Source: Massalongia carnosa
Taxonomy: Eukaryota
DNA length: 64,000 bases
Assembly (NCBI GenBank): GCA_965645245.1
Contig: OZ287069.1
Location: forward strand, 744,001-808,000
Direction of reading: 5' to 3'
Shown: in pieces, positions 11,868 to 23,691 of the stretch
Layout: each line of letters opens with the position of its first letter
How positions within the stretch are numbered: position 1 is the first letter of the stretch
Made by a program: the position numbers and the translations under genes
The notes under the pieces: model-generated
Seen by the model: the letters and a program-made list of their open reading frames with translations, nothing else
The model's database searches: none
What the model was told of the DNA's origin: nothing

Positions 11868-12916
11868 CGACGTATATTTTTGATGTCCTGCTGCGTTTTT
11901 TTGTACTAGCTTTCGGAGTCAGGGCATTTTAGCAAAATTCTTTGTATGAGTTAGGATTATAGCCTTATGCTGATTCGGTTCGCTACATTCATAACAGACA
12001 CAAGATGAGGTTGTCGATCGGCTACGTCGTGCTGGTTTTGCTTGAACCTACCCAACTACTGGACGGCAGGCCTACAAGATTTGCGTCCAGTCTCAAGGAT
12101 GTTGTATCTCACCAACAAAGACTTCTTTCAGTTTATAGTTCTGATTCCAATCCACTCGATTGGATGCTTTATCAGTCTTTCTGGAGCATCACATCCTCTA
12201 GGATTAGCCAACTTGAGGCAGCAACCCTCCCTGGGGCTTTTTTGACTTGGGAAGGCCACGATAGAATTCATAGGTATTAGCTTCCATTTCTGGTTTCCAG
12301 CGAATACTGTACTCTAGATGCATGTCATCGAAGAATGCTGAGTTTTCAGGATTTCTCGCGAAGAAAGGCATATTCTATGGCTCTCTGTGGCATTTGGAAT
12401 GAGGTTGCTCCAGTCTATGTTCACTTTTACAATCAGATGCCCCGACTGCAAAAGATCTATGCTGACTAACCAAATAATCGATCTAACCTAATCCGTACCT
12501 CGGTCGCAATCTCGTCCAGATTCTGACCCCCTCATCATCGTCCTCATCGCGGTGCCAATCCATACAGACGCCGTCCATCCACCATGTCCCAAATCTATGT
12601 GAACCCGCTTGGCTGCTAGACGTTATACGTCTGGCAGACATCTCGTGAGGCCGAAGAGGCTCGGGCAGCGATTGAAAGTTTGATTAAACAACGTATCGTC
12701 TTTAGCATTCTCATCCTACCATACGGGTTCGCTCGCAGCGCCACAACGCAACCGTAACAAAAGCCAGCGTAAGAATAACAAGTGCTTGTTGTGCGAGTGT
12801 CAGTATAAGTGTAACCACGTTTTACATATTCAAAGTAAAGCTGCCCTCTGTCTAACAACTCGTCTACGATCATCACTGTTAATACCTTTCCAAGTGGCTA
12901 TCTAAGGCGATCGATC

Positions 12917-14134
12917 ATGAAGGTAAGCCGTCAAATATCTAATTTCATTCATCATGTTCAACTTGGCCTGAAAAATGAAAAATCAGCTTCATAGCGTAAA
13001 GTTGTTAACCTGGGGCTACCGCAGTACCTTCCCCTTCGCGACTTTGACGACGTAACGAACACCCTCAACTTTGACACGGCTGATTGTCACGTTGTTGGTG
13101 GATGCGATCTCTATACAACTAAAGCTGCGGGTGGTGATAAGAAACTGTATAAGAATATTGAGCAATCTTTAGAGTCGCAATATGCATCGCTTCTCAGTTT
13201 CTCCGCTGCCCTATCACCGCCTCAAGCAAGCGCGGCTGCAGCAGCTCTGAATCTCTCTAGATCTAGCCCATTTGGTAATTTAAGTCAAACTTCCAGCCGT
13301 CGAACCTTTGCCTATCTCATTGCAACTCTCAACGCAAGTCATCCTGATTATGACTTCTCGCACCTTCTGCGCCCGTCCGACTTTCGCCGGGAGAAGAGCT
13401 TGAAGCTAGTCATGAATACATTAGACACGACCTTGTACAACCTTCACCCAAAGCCTAGCAGTTCTTTCTTAAGTGTGCCTTCACATTGGTCCTCGAATGT
13501 TACTTCGACTGTCCCGCTTGTGTCAAATGGGTCAGAAGCCTGGGGTCCTCGGATGTGGAGGCTGATAGATAAAGAAATGAGTTTGAAGGAATGCAGCATT
13601 TATTGCTACTCGCCGGAAGAAGATCCCTACGATGGAGAAGAAGGTGCAATTTGGAGCTTTAACTATTTCTTCTTCAATAAAGCAAGAAAGAGGGTTTGTT
13701 ATATCTATCTCCGTGGCCTGAGCATCATAAGCCACAGTCCTGCCCGAAAAACACCCATAAAATCCAAGCGTGGAGTGGATGGCGATTGGAGCTTAGGAGA
13801 GTCATCAAGCTCGAAAAGAGCCAGATATTGGTTAGGTGATCGGGCCTTAGATGAGATCAGTTGTGGATGGGGCGAAGACGAAGACGAGGATGTTGTCGAA
13901 CCCTGGGAGAATGAAGGTGTGAATAGTACAGAAATGCCCGAGGATGCGTATGAGCCTAGGTATGTAACTGTTGCTGATGAGCCCGGAAACCCTTCGTCGA
14001 GAGGTCCTTCAGTACAAGTGGAATGCTCCTTTGCAAATAGCCCATCTATAGGTAGTCCGTCTACTACGCGAGGTAGGAGCAAAAGCACTGTTCGAGGAAT
14101 TAGCGAAGATATCGCTGAACTGATGGAGGTCTGA
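12917..14134 (+). CDS. MAF1: RNA polymerase III repressor Maf1
   Basis: ATG AAG, intron 12923-13024, then YLPLRDF..GGCDLYTTKAAGGDKKLYK, SRRTFAYLIATLNASHPDYDFS, WSFNYFFFNKARKRV. Confidence 0.93.
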
Positions 14135-15816
14135 CCGTTCAGCGATAGTAGCTTAGATGCTTTGGACTACCACCTTTAATATTGGGTGTCGGTCGTTTTT
14201 TGGCGTTAGCAGGTTTGTTACTTTTCTCCGTCAGTGCCTCCGGTGTTTCGCGGTTAAGGATCTTTCACCGTACCCACTATAGTATTTTCTTTCGTTCCAG
14301 ATACCAGGTACCAGATACCAGCGCGCAGAACATAGCACATTCTTGGCGAGTGGCTTCGGCTTGGATGTGTGTTCTTTGCATTGCTGGGCTCATCATCGAG
14401 ACCGCGCACATGTTGATTTTTAGGTCATACTTTTAAATCGGATTAATCAGTCAATCGAATGCTAAATTGTGCTTTAGTCTTGTGCGGTTTGCTTGAAATT
14501 TATTATATTGCTTTCAACTCTTATGTATAACTGGTATAAAAACGCCAGTACATCCTCAAGAAGCTATAGAATAATCTCCTCTACATATTTAGATTTGGGC
14601 TTTGTTCCGCCTGTATGAATGAGGGCTTTGAAATGATTAGCGGTTGTCCTCCGGCGGCAGCGATACGCTTGAGTGTATTAGCTCCTGGCCAGGTTTCGTA
14701 GCCTATTCGAGCAAGTAGCAACCCATGATCCTCCGAGGAGAATAATGACTCTACACAGTTCCCCGTTCAAAGCAACCGCGGCGTGGGCCCTCGAGATTAT
14801 CTTCCTTACAGAAATCTTTCTTCATTATCACCACGAGGTAATTGAATCCTGTTGCAGCAATTACAACTACTATACTTTCGATACCCTGGATCAAGCACGC
14901 TTGGTTGCAGTAGAATCGCTTTTCGAAGAGGACAGTAAACGAGAGGTTGTGGGGACAGGTAATAGGTGCAATTAAGCCATATACAATTATGATATATACA
15001 TTAGTCTAAGCTCCTTCAGCTTCAGTGAAACAACTGCTGCATCTATGCTCAAATGGATTCTAACGCTCTCCGACTCTAAAGTTTTGCACAGAGTTCCGCT
15101 ATCCCTTTTCAAACTCCATACAACTGGTGCCACAACTTTGATAATTTTCGGCCGGTTCCTTCTTGTTTTGTGAGATTGGCTCTCTTGACTAGTCTTCTGA
15201 AAGAAAGTTGTTCAAGGATTTGGACCGAGATGTGAACATGGCTGAGCCATTCTAACCTCATAAGAGACTATTTTTAGGGGATGCTACTTGCTTTTCCGAT
15301 CTACACATTTTCCTTGGAAATTCTTTCATATTACGACAATGAAGACGCTAGAAGGATGGAAGCTTTTGTTAATACTCATTCCACTACACCTCAGTCGATT
15401 AAATTTGAACCCTCAAAATCTCATAACGTCGTATAATTAGCGTCTTCGTGTAATTTCTAAAGAATAACTCCTCAGTAAAACGATAGATAAAGGAAGTTCT
15501 TGTTATCACAACGCTCTCCTTAACCATCATGTCGCTATTCAACGTTGTTTCTTTTTTCCTCAAGCTGAAATGTAGATTTTGCAACTAAAGTAGCAAAAGA
15601 GTTAGAAGAGAGAGCTTCACCTCGATTGATAGGGAATAAAAAAACCATTGAGTACGAAAAAAATTCCCATGCTTTACTGGTAGAGTTTTCAATTCAACTA
15701 GTAAGAACACGTGGGTGTGGAAATATTTAAGGATCAATTTTCATGTTGGAGTATCTGCACTAGTAGAGCGTGTCGTATGTGTACAATTGAAGGTTGTCCT
15801 CTATTCAGTATCTTCT

Positions 15817-17097
15817 ATGAAGACTTCTCGTATTGCTAGAGAGACGGCAAGAATAGCTGAGAGAGTCTCTCAAATTGATAACGTTGGTCCACGGCAAACG
15901 CGATCATTGGCTTCACTGCATAGATTCGCAGCAAATGGTGTAGCTCTTTTCTCAGAGACTGATATCTCAACGGTCAAGCAAGAAGAGTGCAGCGATGATG
16001 ATTCATCTCTGTCATCCCTAAGTACTTCAGCAACTGTTGACATTGAAGATCTACCAACTTTAAATCCTCCTTCCCAAAAGCGCAAACGAGGGATTGAGAC
16101 AAGCATATCTACTCGCCCAACCGCAGGTTCTTCACCCTGTAAAACTGAAATCCAGGCCGAAGATGGAAAGGTCAGGAAATCTTCGAGCAAACGTTCACAG
16201 AAAGCTTCCAATAACGCAGGAGAAGTGGAGATTCATTCACCTGCTAATTGGGAGGAAATCTATGATTCCGTGAAGGAGATGCGCAAGAAAGTCCTAGCAC
16301 CGGTCGACACCATGGGCTGTGAGACCCTTGCTGAAGAAAACATCACTCCTCGTGTAAGCACTACTGTTTCTCGTATTCCTTGCGGATAGTTATCTCATCA
16401 TTCATAGGATAAGCGCTTCCAAACGCTGATTGCTCTAATGCTCTCATCCCAGACCAAGGATACCACAAACGCAATTGCTATGCGCCGCCTTCAGACCGAG
16501 TTACCTCCTCCGGGGCTGACCCTTGAGAACATTCTCGAGGTTGACCCAGTCCGTCTTAACGAGCTGATATATGTTGTTGGGTTTCATAACAACAAGACAC
16601 GATACATCAAAGCAACGGCACTCATCTTAAAAGATAGGTTTGCTGGGGACATTCCCGATACCATTGAAGGCCTTATCAGCCTCCCAGGAGTAGGGCCCAA
16701 GATGGCATATCTCTGTTTGAGCGCTGCATGGGGACGGACAGAGGGCATTGGCGTTGATGTACATGTGCACCGGATCACAAACTTGTGGCGTTGGCATAAG
16801 ACTAAGGCACCAGAGGAAACTAGGGCGGCGTTGCAGGCTTGGCTCCCAAGGGAGAAGTGGCATGAAATTAACCACTTGTTGGTTGGGTTCGGGCAGACCA
16901 TATGTCTACCGATAGGAAGGAAGTGCGAGAGCTGTACCTTGAGTTCTGGAGGCCTCTGTCCAAGCGCAGTATTAGGAAGGAAACAGATCACTAAAAAAAT
17001 GAAAAGGGAGGATCAGATCGAGGACAAAGGGGCCTATCTACAACACTTAAAAACAGAGACGAGTTTCACAATCAAGGAAGAGTCAATGCGAAACTAA
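15817..17097 (+). CDS. NTH1: Endonuclease III homologue (Nth1/Ntg1 DNA glycosylase/AP lyase)
   Basis: Intron 16354-16407. [24 protein letters not shown], HhH motif [20 protein letters not shown], Fe-S cluster motif C-x6-C-x2-C-x7-C. Confidence 0.92.
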
Positions 17098-18086
17098 GAC
17101 AAACCATCCTAAGTATCTCTTAAACCGCGTGCTCAAGATCGAGGAGTCCTACCGTATAGATTCCAAGTGCTTTCAGTCGAATACCCATTGGGCTGATTCT
17201 AAAAATATATGCCACGTACCTAAAACACACATGAGATCCATATGCATCATCTTCGAAGAAATTAATCAATCGTTAAACCACCTTGAAAAATGCTCGAAAA
17301 GGCAAGTATTACTAATCGCCGACATCAGACCTTTGAAGGCTACATAGGCGTATATAATGACAAAGGGCTTTGGCACTAGAGAAGACGGAAGCTTTAATGA
17401 AGATCTCATAGATTTAATATACGTATATAGGCTCCTTTTGGCCGTTTCCTGTTTTTAATTTTCTCCCCGGTTTGATATGTAGACTCTTTGTTTTGGAGAA
17501 AAAGGCGAAGCGATTAGCTGAACGAAAATGCTGATAGGAAGAGGGATTTCACGTTGAGAATACTATCTTAATAATTGCCGTTTAAAAAAAGGAAGGTGGG
17601 AAAGCCAGAGAGTATTTGAACGGTAGGTCACCGGGTTGGAGCGATGGGAGAACCAATTAAGGGAAATAGTCGATACGGTAGCGTTGAGACAGAAGAGATG
17701 GATTTCGGAGGAAGAATGGATACGGTGGGGATAGGTAGGAGTTGGGAAGAGCTGAGAAATTTCCGCCGGCGCCCCCGGGGGGGGGGGTGGGAACCAAGGA
17801 GGCGGCATGGAATGAGCACCGTTGCTGCTTACATAGGCTGAGTTCAGGTACTGTGCATGGAGAGCAGTTACTGCGGCCCGGAGATTCAATCCAATGCTTG
17901 GACTATTGAAAAATCGATTCTTCATACATGCTTGAAGGTAGAGAACTGATCCATACAGACCACAGCAGAAAAACCGGCAGAGGCGCAAAGGACTACAAAT
18001 AACAAGCAGTGGTTCCAGTAGTTAGATCGAGGAAGGAAAAGCCTAGCTGCAAACCATATCTTGTTTGGCTCCCCCCTTATCTTTAC

Positions 18087-20609
18087 TCAGGCGCTCATAC
18101 TCTCATACCCAGTACCGTTTGATCCGTCAGAAAGCCTTCGTTTAGCGTTGTCCATTGCCAATTTCTGCGCTGGAGCTATGGGAACTGTCTCTTGCATTTG
18201 ATATTCGAGCTTGGTATCCTCTGATGCCAATGCGGCCCCCCATTTGTTCAACCTTGACTTGATATAGCGTAGACAAGCTTCAAACACTCCGCTCTTCGGA
18301 TCCTTCTCAAGCGTCGATAGCAATCGGCATGCAGCGGCAAATCCTAGTAAGCTCACATCATTTATGTTGATGTCAACAGAAGTAAGGAGGTCCACCGCAT
18401 TAGCCATAGCTACTAGCTCGCTATTTAATGAACCTAGGGTAGCAGCGCACTGAACAGCAAATCTGACGTCCTTCCGGATACGTTCGGGGATGGATGAGTC
18501 GAAAAATACAGACGCGGTTGCCCGAGACGAAACGCTGCTAGTGCTAGATAATGGGAAGCGAGATAGGTCTTGCGAAAGTTTAGCGATATTAGCCTCACGA
18601 TCAGTCTCCAAGAATATAGCCTTTGCAGCTAAAGCTCGAGTGTATGCGCTAAATGCAGGAGGTGCGACTTGAAGAGCAAACTCCAAGTTCCTTTCGTCGC
18701 AGGGACCGAGCATTGCACCATGCTGGTACCAGTCGAGCAGTGCCTGGTGAAGAGAGAGACTTGATGCCCATGCTGCCAGGGCATCCAGAGGAGACCGGAT
18801 GGCATAATCCTCTACGATAATATCAGTTCCAAGATCTTCGCCTTTGGTATCCTCACGAGTCGGTCTATTCCAGGCTAATTGTAGGCGCGCTGCACAAGGA
18901 GATCAGTAAAAAGCTCATCAGAATCAAGCTGCAGGAGAGCGGTTAGATGCTGCAGTAAAGACTCTCTGTCGTCAGGCAAGAAGGAAACTATAGGCTTTGA
19001 CAGCCGATGCATTTCCTGTGCCTGCAACCACTGATGACGTGCAAGTCGAGCAGCGGCTTTGTGCAGCATGCACCAGATACTCTAACCTGATTTTGATGCC
19101 TCCCATAGTAGAATTCGAATGTGTAATGCCTTCAACATGAGCCGGGTTGGTGTGCTTGGTAGAGTTCCAGAAGCAAAGATAGTTAGCACAAGTCTGCTCT
19201 TGCTAACTTCAGAATCACCTCCGGTAAGTTGGGCATCAATAGCGATATCCCAGGCCCTAACTCTTGCAACCTCGTCCTCCTCGGTCTGATTCAATAGCCA
19301 TGCAAAACTCGACCAGCCGATGAACTGTCTCCCAATGTACCTCATAGCCTCCAGGTGCAGTGCTATAAGTTCAGGAAACATTCTGTGCCTTGGAAACCCA
19401 ACTGTTTGGATCGCTGTCAGCCATGCTTTTCGACGAACCTCGATTGGTGACGCTAATGATGGAGCTGCTGCAAGCATACTGTCTTTGCAACTTGTGGATG
19501 ATTTTGGCTTGGAACTGAAAAGGTACAGAAAAATTGCATATGCCAGTAACGAAAATACTAGGAGAATCTTTACCAAAAATGTGAAGGGAATTCCAGGAGT
19601 AAAAATGTTCCCCTTTAAACTCCTAATGGCATTTGCCACATTCAAAGTCGGCGGAGTAGATAGCGCAAAAAGACCTCGACCATCTGGATGGTCTCCATTT
19701 CCCCCTCTTTCACCAAAACCTTCCATAACTAGTAGTCCGGCTAAAGATCCTAGCATGAGCCTACCAAAAAGCTTACTGCGCCCAACCCCATGTTCTTTTG
19801 GGGATATTGAATCAGTCGAGTTAATATGTAACTGACCGTTATTATAAAGGTCTCCAGCGTAATGCTCATGGGGAATAGACGCTCGAAGAGCTTTCATGGC
19901 ATCGGGGACGCGAATCATTCCTTCGAGGTGAGTGGCAGCACGTGGAGAGTTGATTGTTGTAAGCAGGGTGTTTTCTGCTTGCTTTGATGATACTTCATCT
20001 GTTCGATCTTGCAACACCTTTCTTATAGCTCTTCCCGCTTCTCTGATGTTTTTCGAGAGCGGCGTACAACTTCGAAGATTGGCATTCTCCTCCTCTAAAC
20101 AAAGCGTTGCGGGTTTCAAGATATTGAATGTACTCAATAGCTTTTGTCATAATGGTGGCCTTATTGAGTTTAAAGGCGACCGATAGCCCTCCGAGATTAG
20201 CAGGCTCCTGGTAGTCACTGCGTAGACTTGGTACGCTCTCTCGCAGTGCAGCAATTTTCTCGTTTAAGTTCGTGCGATAACGCCGCTCGATCATAGTATG
20301 GCTTCGATTCGTTGTGGGTGGCTCTGTTGAATAGCGAATCTCCTTAGTAGATTCTTGATTTGTTCCAAGTGACAACTTTCGCTTCTTAGATGGTCCTTGA
20401 ACCTCGACAAACTCTGGCGGTAAGCGGTCTGAGATGCTTCTGGCCCTGCTAGTTAAAACAGAACCTTGCTTCGTGTATGTCTTACAAGGGGAATGTAATG
20501 ACTGCTGAGGGGCGAGCGCCTCAGCTGCTCCGTCCCATTCTTCGTTGGAAACCGGGCTTTCTCCGAACTTTGAGGCGAGAGCTGCTCCTAAGGGAACTAT
20601 CTGCTCCAT
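18087..20609 (-). pseudogene. srbA: SREBP (SrbA/Sre1-like) bHLH transcription factor, disrupted as assembled
   Basis: bHLH HTMIERRYRTNLNEKIAALRESVPSLR with the SREBP-specific Tyr, two transmembrane segments and a DUF2014-type C-terminus (AWDIAIDAQLTGGD..SKSRLVLT). Split by a +1 frameshift (~20100), an in-frame TAG (19082-19084) and a -1 frameshift (~18877). Confidence 0.8.
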
Positions 20610-20778
20610 TATCCAAAAGATGTGCGAATCAAAGCGTCAAAGACCAGATACGCACATCAATTGCGTGCGAGGAATAATTGAGATGGTTCTATGTCACGTG
20701 AGGCCCCTGAGTCAAAGTAAATTAAGAATCACCCTCTGAAAATTCTTTCCTCATCCACTTCTTCTCACTCGGCCTCAT

Positions 20779-20924
20779 CCATCTCACTGACTCGTCGTCG
20801 ACCCCACGTTGTCTCGGTGCCCCTACCTCGCTGTCAGTGCTTGCTGCTTTTCCCATCTCACTGACTCGTCGTCGACCTCACGTTGTCCTCGGTGCCCCTA
20901 CCTCGCTGTCGGTGCTTTTTCCCA
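20779..20924 (+). repeat. Tandem duplication (period 74 bp, two copies) in the retroelement 5' leader
   Basis: ccatctcactgactcgtcgtcgacc.cacgttgtc..ggtgcccctacctcgctgtc.gtgctt at 20779 and 20853; ends immediately before the gag ATG. Confidence 0.95.
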
Positions 20925-21938
20925 ATGACGAACACCCGTTCCCAAAGCACCCCGATGGACGACATAGTCCCCGACTCCCAGGAGATTGTCGGATTGACGC
21001 AGGCCCAGTCCAATCAAATCTTCGCCCTACAAAAGAAGAAAGCCGAGGCAGAAGCGAAGGCGGCCGAGGCTGAGGCCAGAATTGCCGAGTCCAAGGCATT
21101 GGTCGCCGAGAAGGAGGTGGAAAAAATGCAGCTAGAAATCGACTGCATGCGCCGAGAATCTGACGCCCGAATAGCGGCCGTCATTCCTGCTGGCAAGCCG
21201 AGTCGTGTCGTCGGCGATGACGACGAGGACCTAGGTGAGATCCCTCTCGAAGTAAGAAGTATAGCACCCCGTTTCGCGGGCCTACCACAGGACGAGATCA
21301 TCAAGATCTTTTCAAATAAATTCAAAGCCATCAACCTCTCCCGCCTCCGACACATGCACGGCATGCAATACGAGTCCTACAAGGATCAGGACCGCATCGG
21401 CATCGAAGACGGCGCCTTGAGGTTGAGAAAGGCATCCGGGACCTACAAAGATTTCGGAAAGACAGTTCATGACGTCTGGACCGAGAGCTTCATCAACTAC
21501 ACCTCGATCATGGTCAGTCTTTTCGGGAAATCGAGTCAACAGCTTCACGCCACCATGTCGGCATTCCACGGAAAAATCCTCACGCTGGCCAAGGTGTACG
21601 AGTGGCAGGAAGCAGTCCTCCCCCTCGCCATCGAAACCCACACTCACATCATCGCGTCTCAGCCATCCGACGCATCCCAATGGAAAATGCCCGACGAATT
21701 CCAAGCTCGATTCTGCACCCCCCTCACAGTCCTACGCCGTCGCCGCTCACGATCCCCGCCGTCCCGGCGACCGACCCCGAGAGGAGACAGGGCCGATAGG
21801 GCCGAGAAGGCAGCGGGGGAAATCTGCGACAAGTACAACAGCGGCACCTGCACCTGGCCGTCGTGCTACCGACAGCACAAATGTAAATCGTGCGGCGCGG
21901 CTGGGCATGGCCAGAAGACATGCCCAACGAAGAAATAG
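20925..21938 (+). CDS. Gag-like protein of the YR retrotransposon
   Basis: ATG at 20925, N-terminal coiled coil (KKKAEAEAKAAEAEARIAE), C-terminal zinc fingers CDKYNSGTCTWPSCYRQH and CKSCGAAGHGQKTC, ends TAG. Confidence 0.85.
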   Translation: MTNTRSQSTPMDDIVPDSQEIVGLTQAQSNQIFALQKKKAEAEAKAAEAEARIAESKALVAEKEVEKMQLEIDCMRRESDARIAAVIPAGKPSRVVGDDDEDLGEIPLEVRSIAPRFAGLPQDEIIKIFSNKFKAINLSRLRHMHGMQYESYKDQDRIGIEDGALRLRKASGTYKDFGKTVHDVWTESFINYTSIMVSLFGKSSQQLHATMSAFHGKILTLAKVYEWQEAVLPLAIETHTHIIASQPSDASQWKMPDEFQARFCTPLTVLRRRRSRSPPSRRPTPRGDRADRAEKAAGEICDKYNSGTCTWPSCYRQHKCKSCGAAGHGQKTCPTKK

Positions 21939-21983
21939 GGGGTTGGTGCAGGAGGCAGTAGAATAGCTTCAATAGCTGAATTC

Positions 21984-23691
21984 ATGACGTCCCATCCCTG
22001 CTTACCTGCACCAATCAGACCAAATACAATCCCTTCGTTTCAACTCGTAGACGCATCTCGTCAGCGTTTGAAAGACAGCCCATCTCCCCTCGTACCGTCC
22101 GCATGGGCAACTCTACTTCAAGAGTATCCGGGCCCCCTCCGAGTCCATCTGCCCATGATCCTTCGTTTCGGAGTACAAATCGGATACGAAGGCCCCACAG
22201 ACATCCTTCGGATCGAAAAAAATCTGACATCAGCGAATGAGGACCCGGAAACGATCGAGAATAAGCTCCAAGAGGACCTCAGGAAGGGCCGAGTCAGACG
22301 AATAGCCGCCCCGAGTCAGCCATTTGTGGCCTCCCCCCTCGGCTTGGTCCCGAAACATGACGGAGGATGGCGACGCATTCATCATCTGTCTCATCCCAAT
22401 CAAACATCAGTCAACGACAACATTCCAGAAGAGGCATCCAAATTACAATACGCCAGACTCGACGACATTATTCAATTGATTCTGTCAGCGGGCAAAGGTG
22501 CTGTCATAGTGAAAAGAGACGTCAAAGACGCCTTTCGAAACGTTCCCGTCGCACCTCATCATCAATGGCTTCTGGGTTTCGGATGGAATGACGAATTCTA
22601 CACCGAGACATGCCTTTCGTTCGGACTGTCGACGGCCCCGTTCATCTTCAATCTTTTTGCGGAAGGCTTTCATTGGATTTTGGAATCCTTTCTACAATGG
22701 AGATTACATCACTATCTAGACGACTTCGTTGCAATTTTCCCATCCGAGACATCGTCAGAACGATTGCACCAAGAAACAAAAGCCTACAACATTCTCACCG
22801 ACATTCTTGGCATCCCGAGAAACGACTCAAAAGACGCCGAGGGAACGACAGCGACAGTCTTCGGACTCGAGGTCGACACCATCAACAGTCTTATTCGTCT
22901 GCCAGCGGACAAGCTGGAAAAAGCGAGAATCATCACTACAAAGGCACTAAACGAGACGACAATCAGCCTCGGCGACATGCAGTCAATAGCGGGCTTCCTA
23001 AGCTTCTGCGCACAGGCAGTCAAATTGGGCCGAGTCTTCTTACGATTATTCTGGAATTTTATAGCCTCATTTCCCTCGGGCAGTCATCGTCGGGTCAAAA
23101 GAAGAATTCCCACATGGGTCAGACAGGATCTCATCTGGTGGAACAAACTTCTAGTGGACTTCAACGGTATTGTCTTCTTCGAGACGTCAACACGAGACAC
23201 GATCAAGGTGCATACGGATGCATGCCTCACGGGTCTCGGAGGCTATTTTCAACAAGACAACGAGCTCGTGAATCAAAAAAAAAAACGCATGTAGGGCCCG
23301 AGTCCTAGTCCTCAATCAGGAAGGATCACCGAGCATAAACGTCCGAGAAGTCGAAGCTATCCTTCTAATCCTTCAGAAATGGGCGCCGACATGGCGACAT
23401 CGACAGATCCTTGTCTTTACCGACAGCAACACAGCATACACAGGATTCACGAATCTAACCCTCAAGGGACCGGCCAACGCGCCTCTACGAGAAATACTGT
23501 CCATAGCTGCAAAGTGGGACATCGTACTACGTTGTCAATGGATCAGTGGCACTTCCAATGGACTAGCAGATGCCCTGTCACGTTTTGATGATGAAAGATT
23601 GGCTAACTTTTGCCCTCATTGGCAGAACCCATACAATTCGATGAACCTCCCTCCACCTACCTATCCTCCACACCAGGGTCAGCCCTGGTAA
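21984..23691 (+). CDS. Reverse transcriptase-RNase H (Pol), with a one-base frame break in an A11 run at 23275-23285
   Basis: SPLGLVPKHDGGWRRIHHLS, KRDVKDAFR, LSFGLSTAP, HYLDDF, then RNase H VHTDAC. It continues in the +1 frame as INVREVEAI..VFTDSN..WISGTSNGLADALSR to TAA 23689-23691. Confidence 0.9.

Noticed and set aside
14450..15700. Possible gene between MAF1 and NTH1
   Set aside because: Only short ORFs with no recognisable motif.
19030..19085. Intron starting GTTAGA that would remove the srbA in-frame TAG
   Set aside because: The nearest frame-preserving acceptor gives only 30 nt, the next one shifts the frame, and the skipped residues look conserved.
21252..21257. GTAAGA as splice donor for the YR acceptor
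   Set aside because: Phase 0; it would not join in frame with the phase-1 acceptor at 23626.
22610..23308. 232-aa alternative-frame ORF inside RT (also 21469-21966 and 23792-24166)
   Set aside because: No recognisable domain; expected in GC-rich, stop-poor element sequence. Not fully excluded, since DIRS elements do use overlapping frames.
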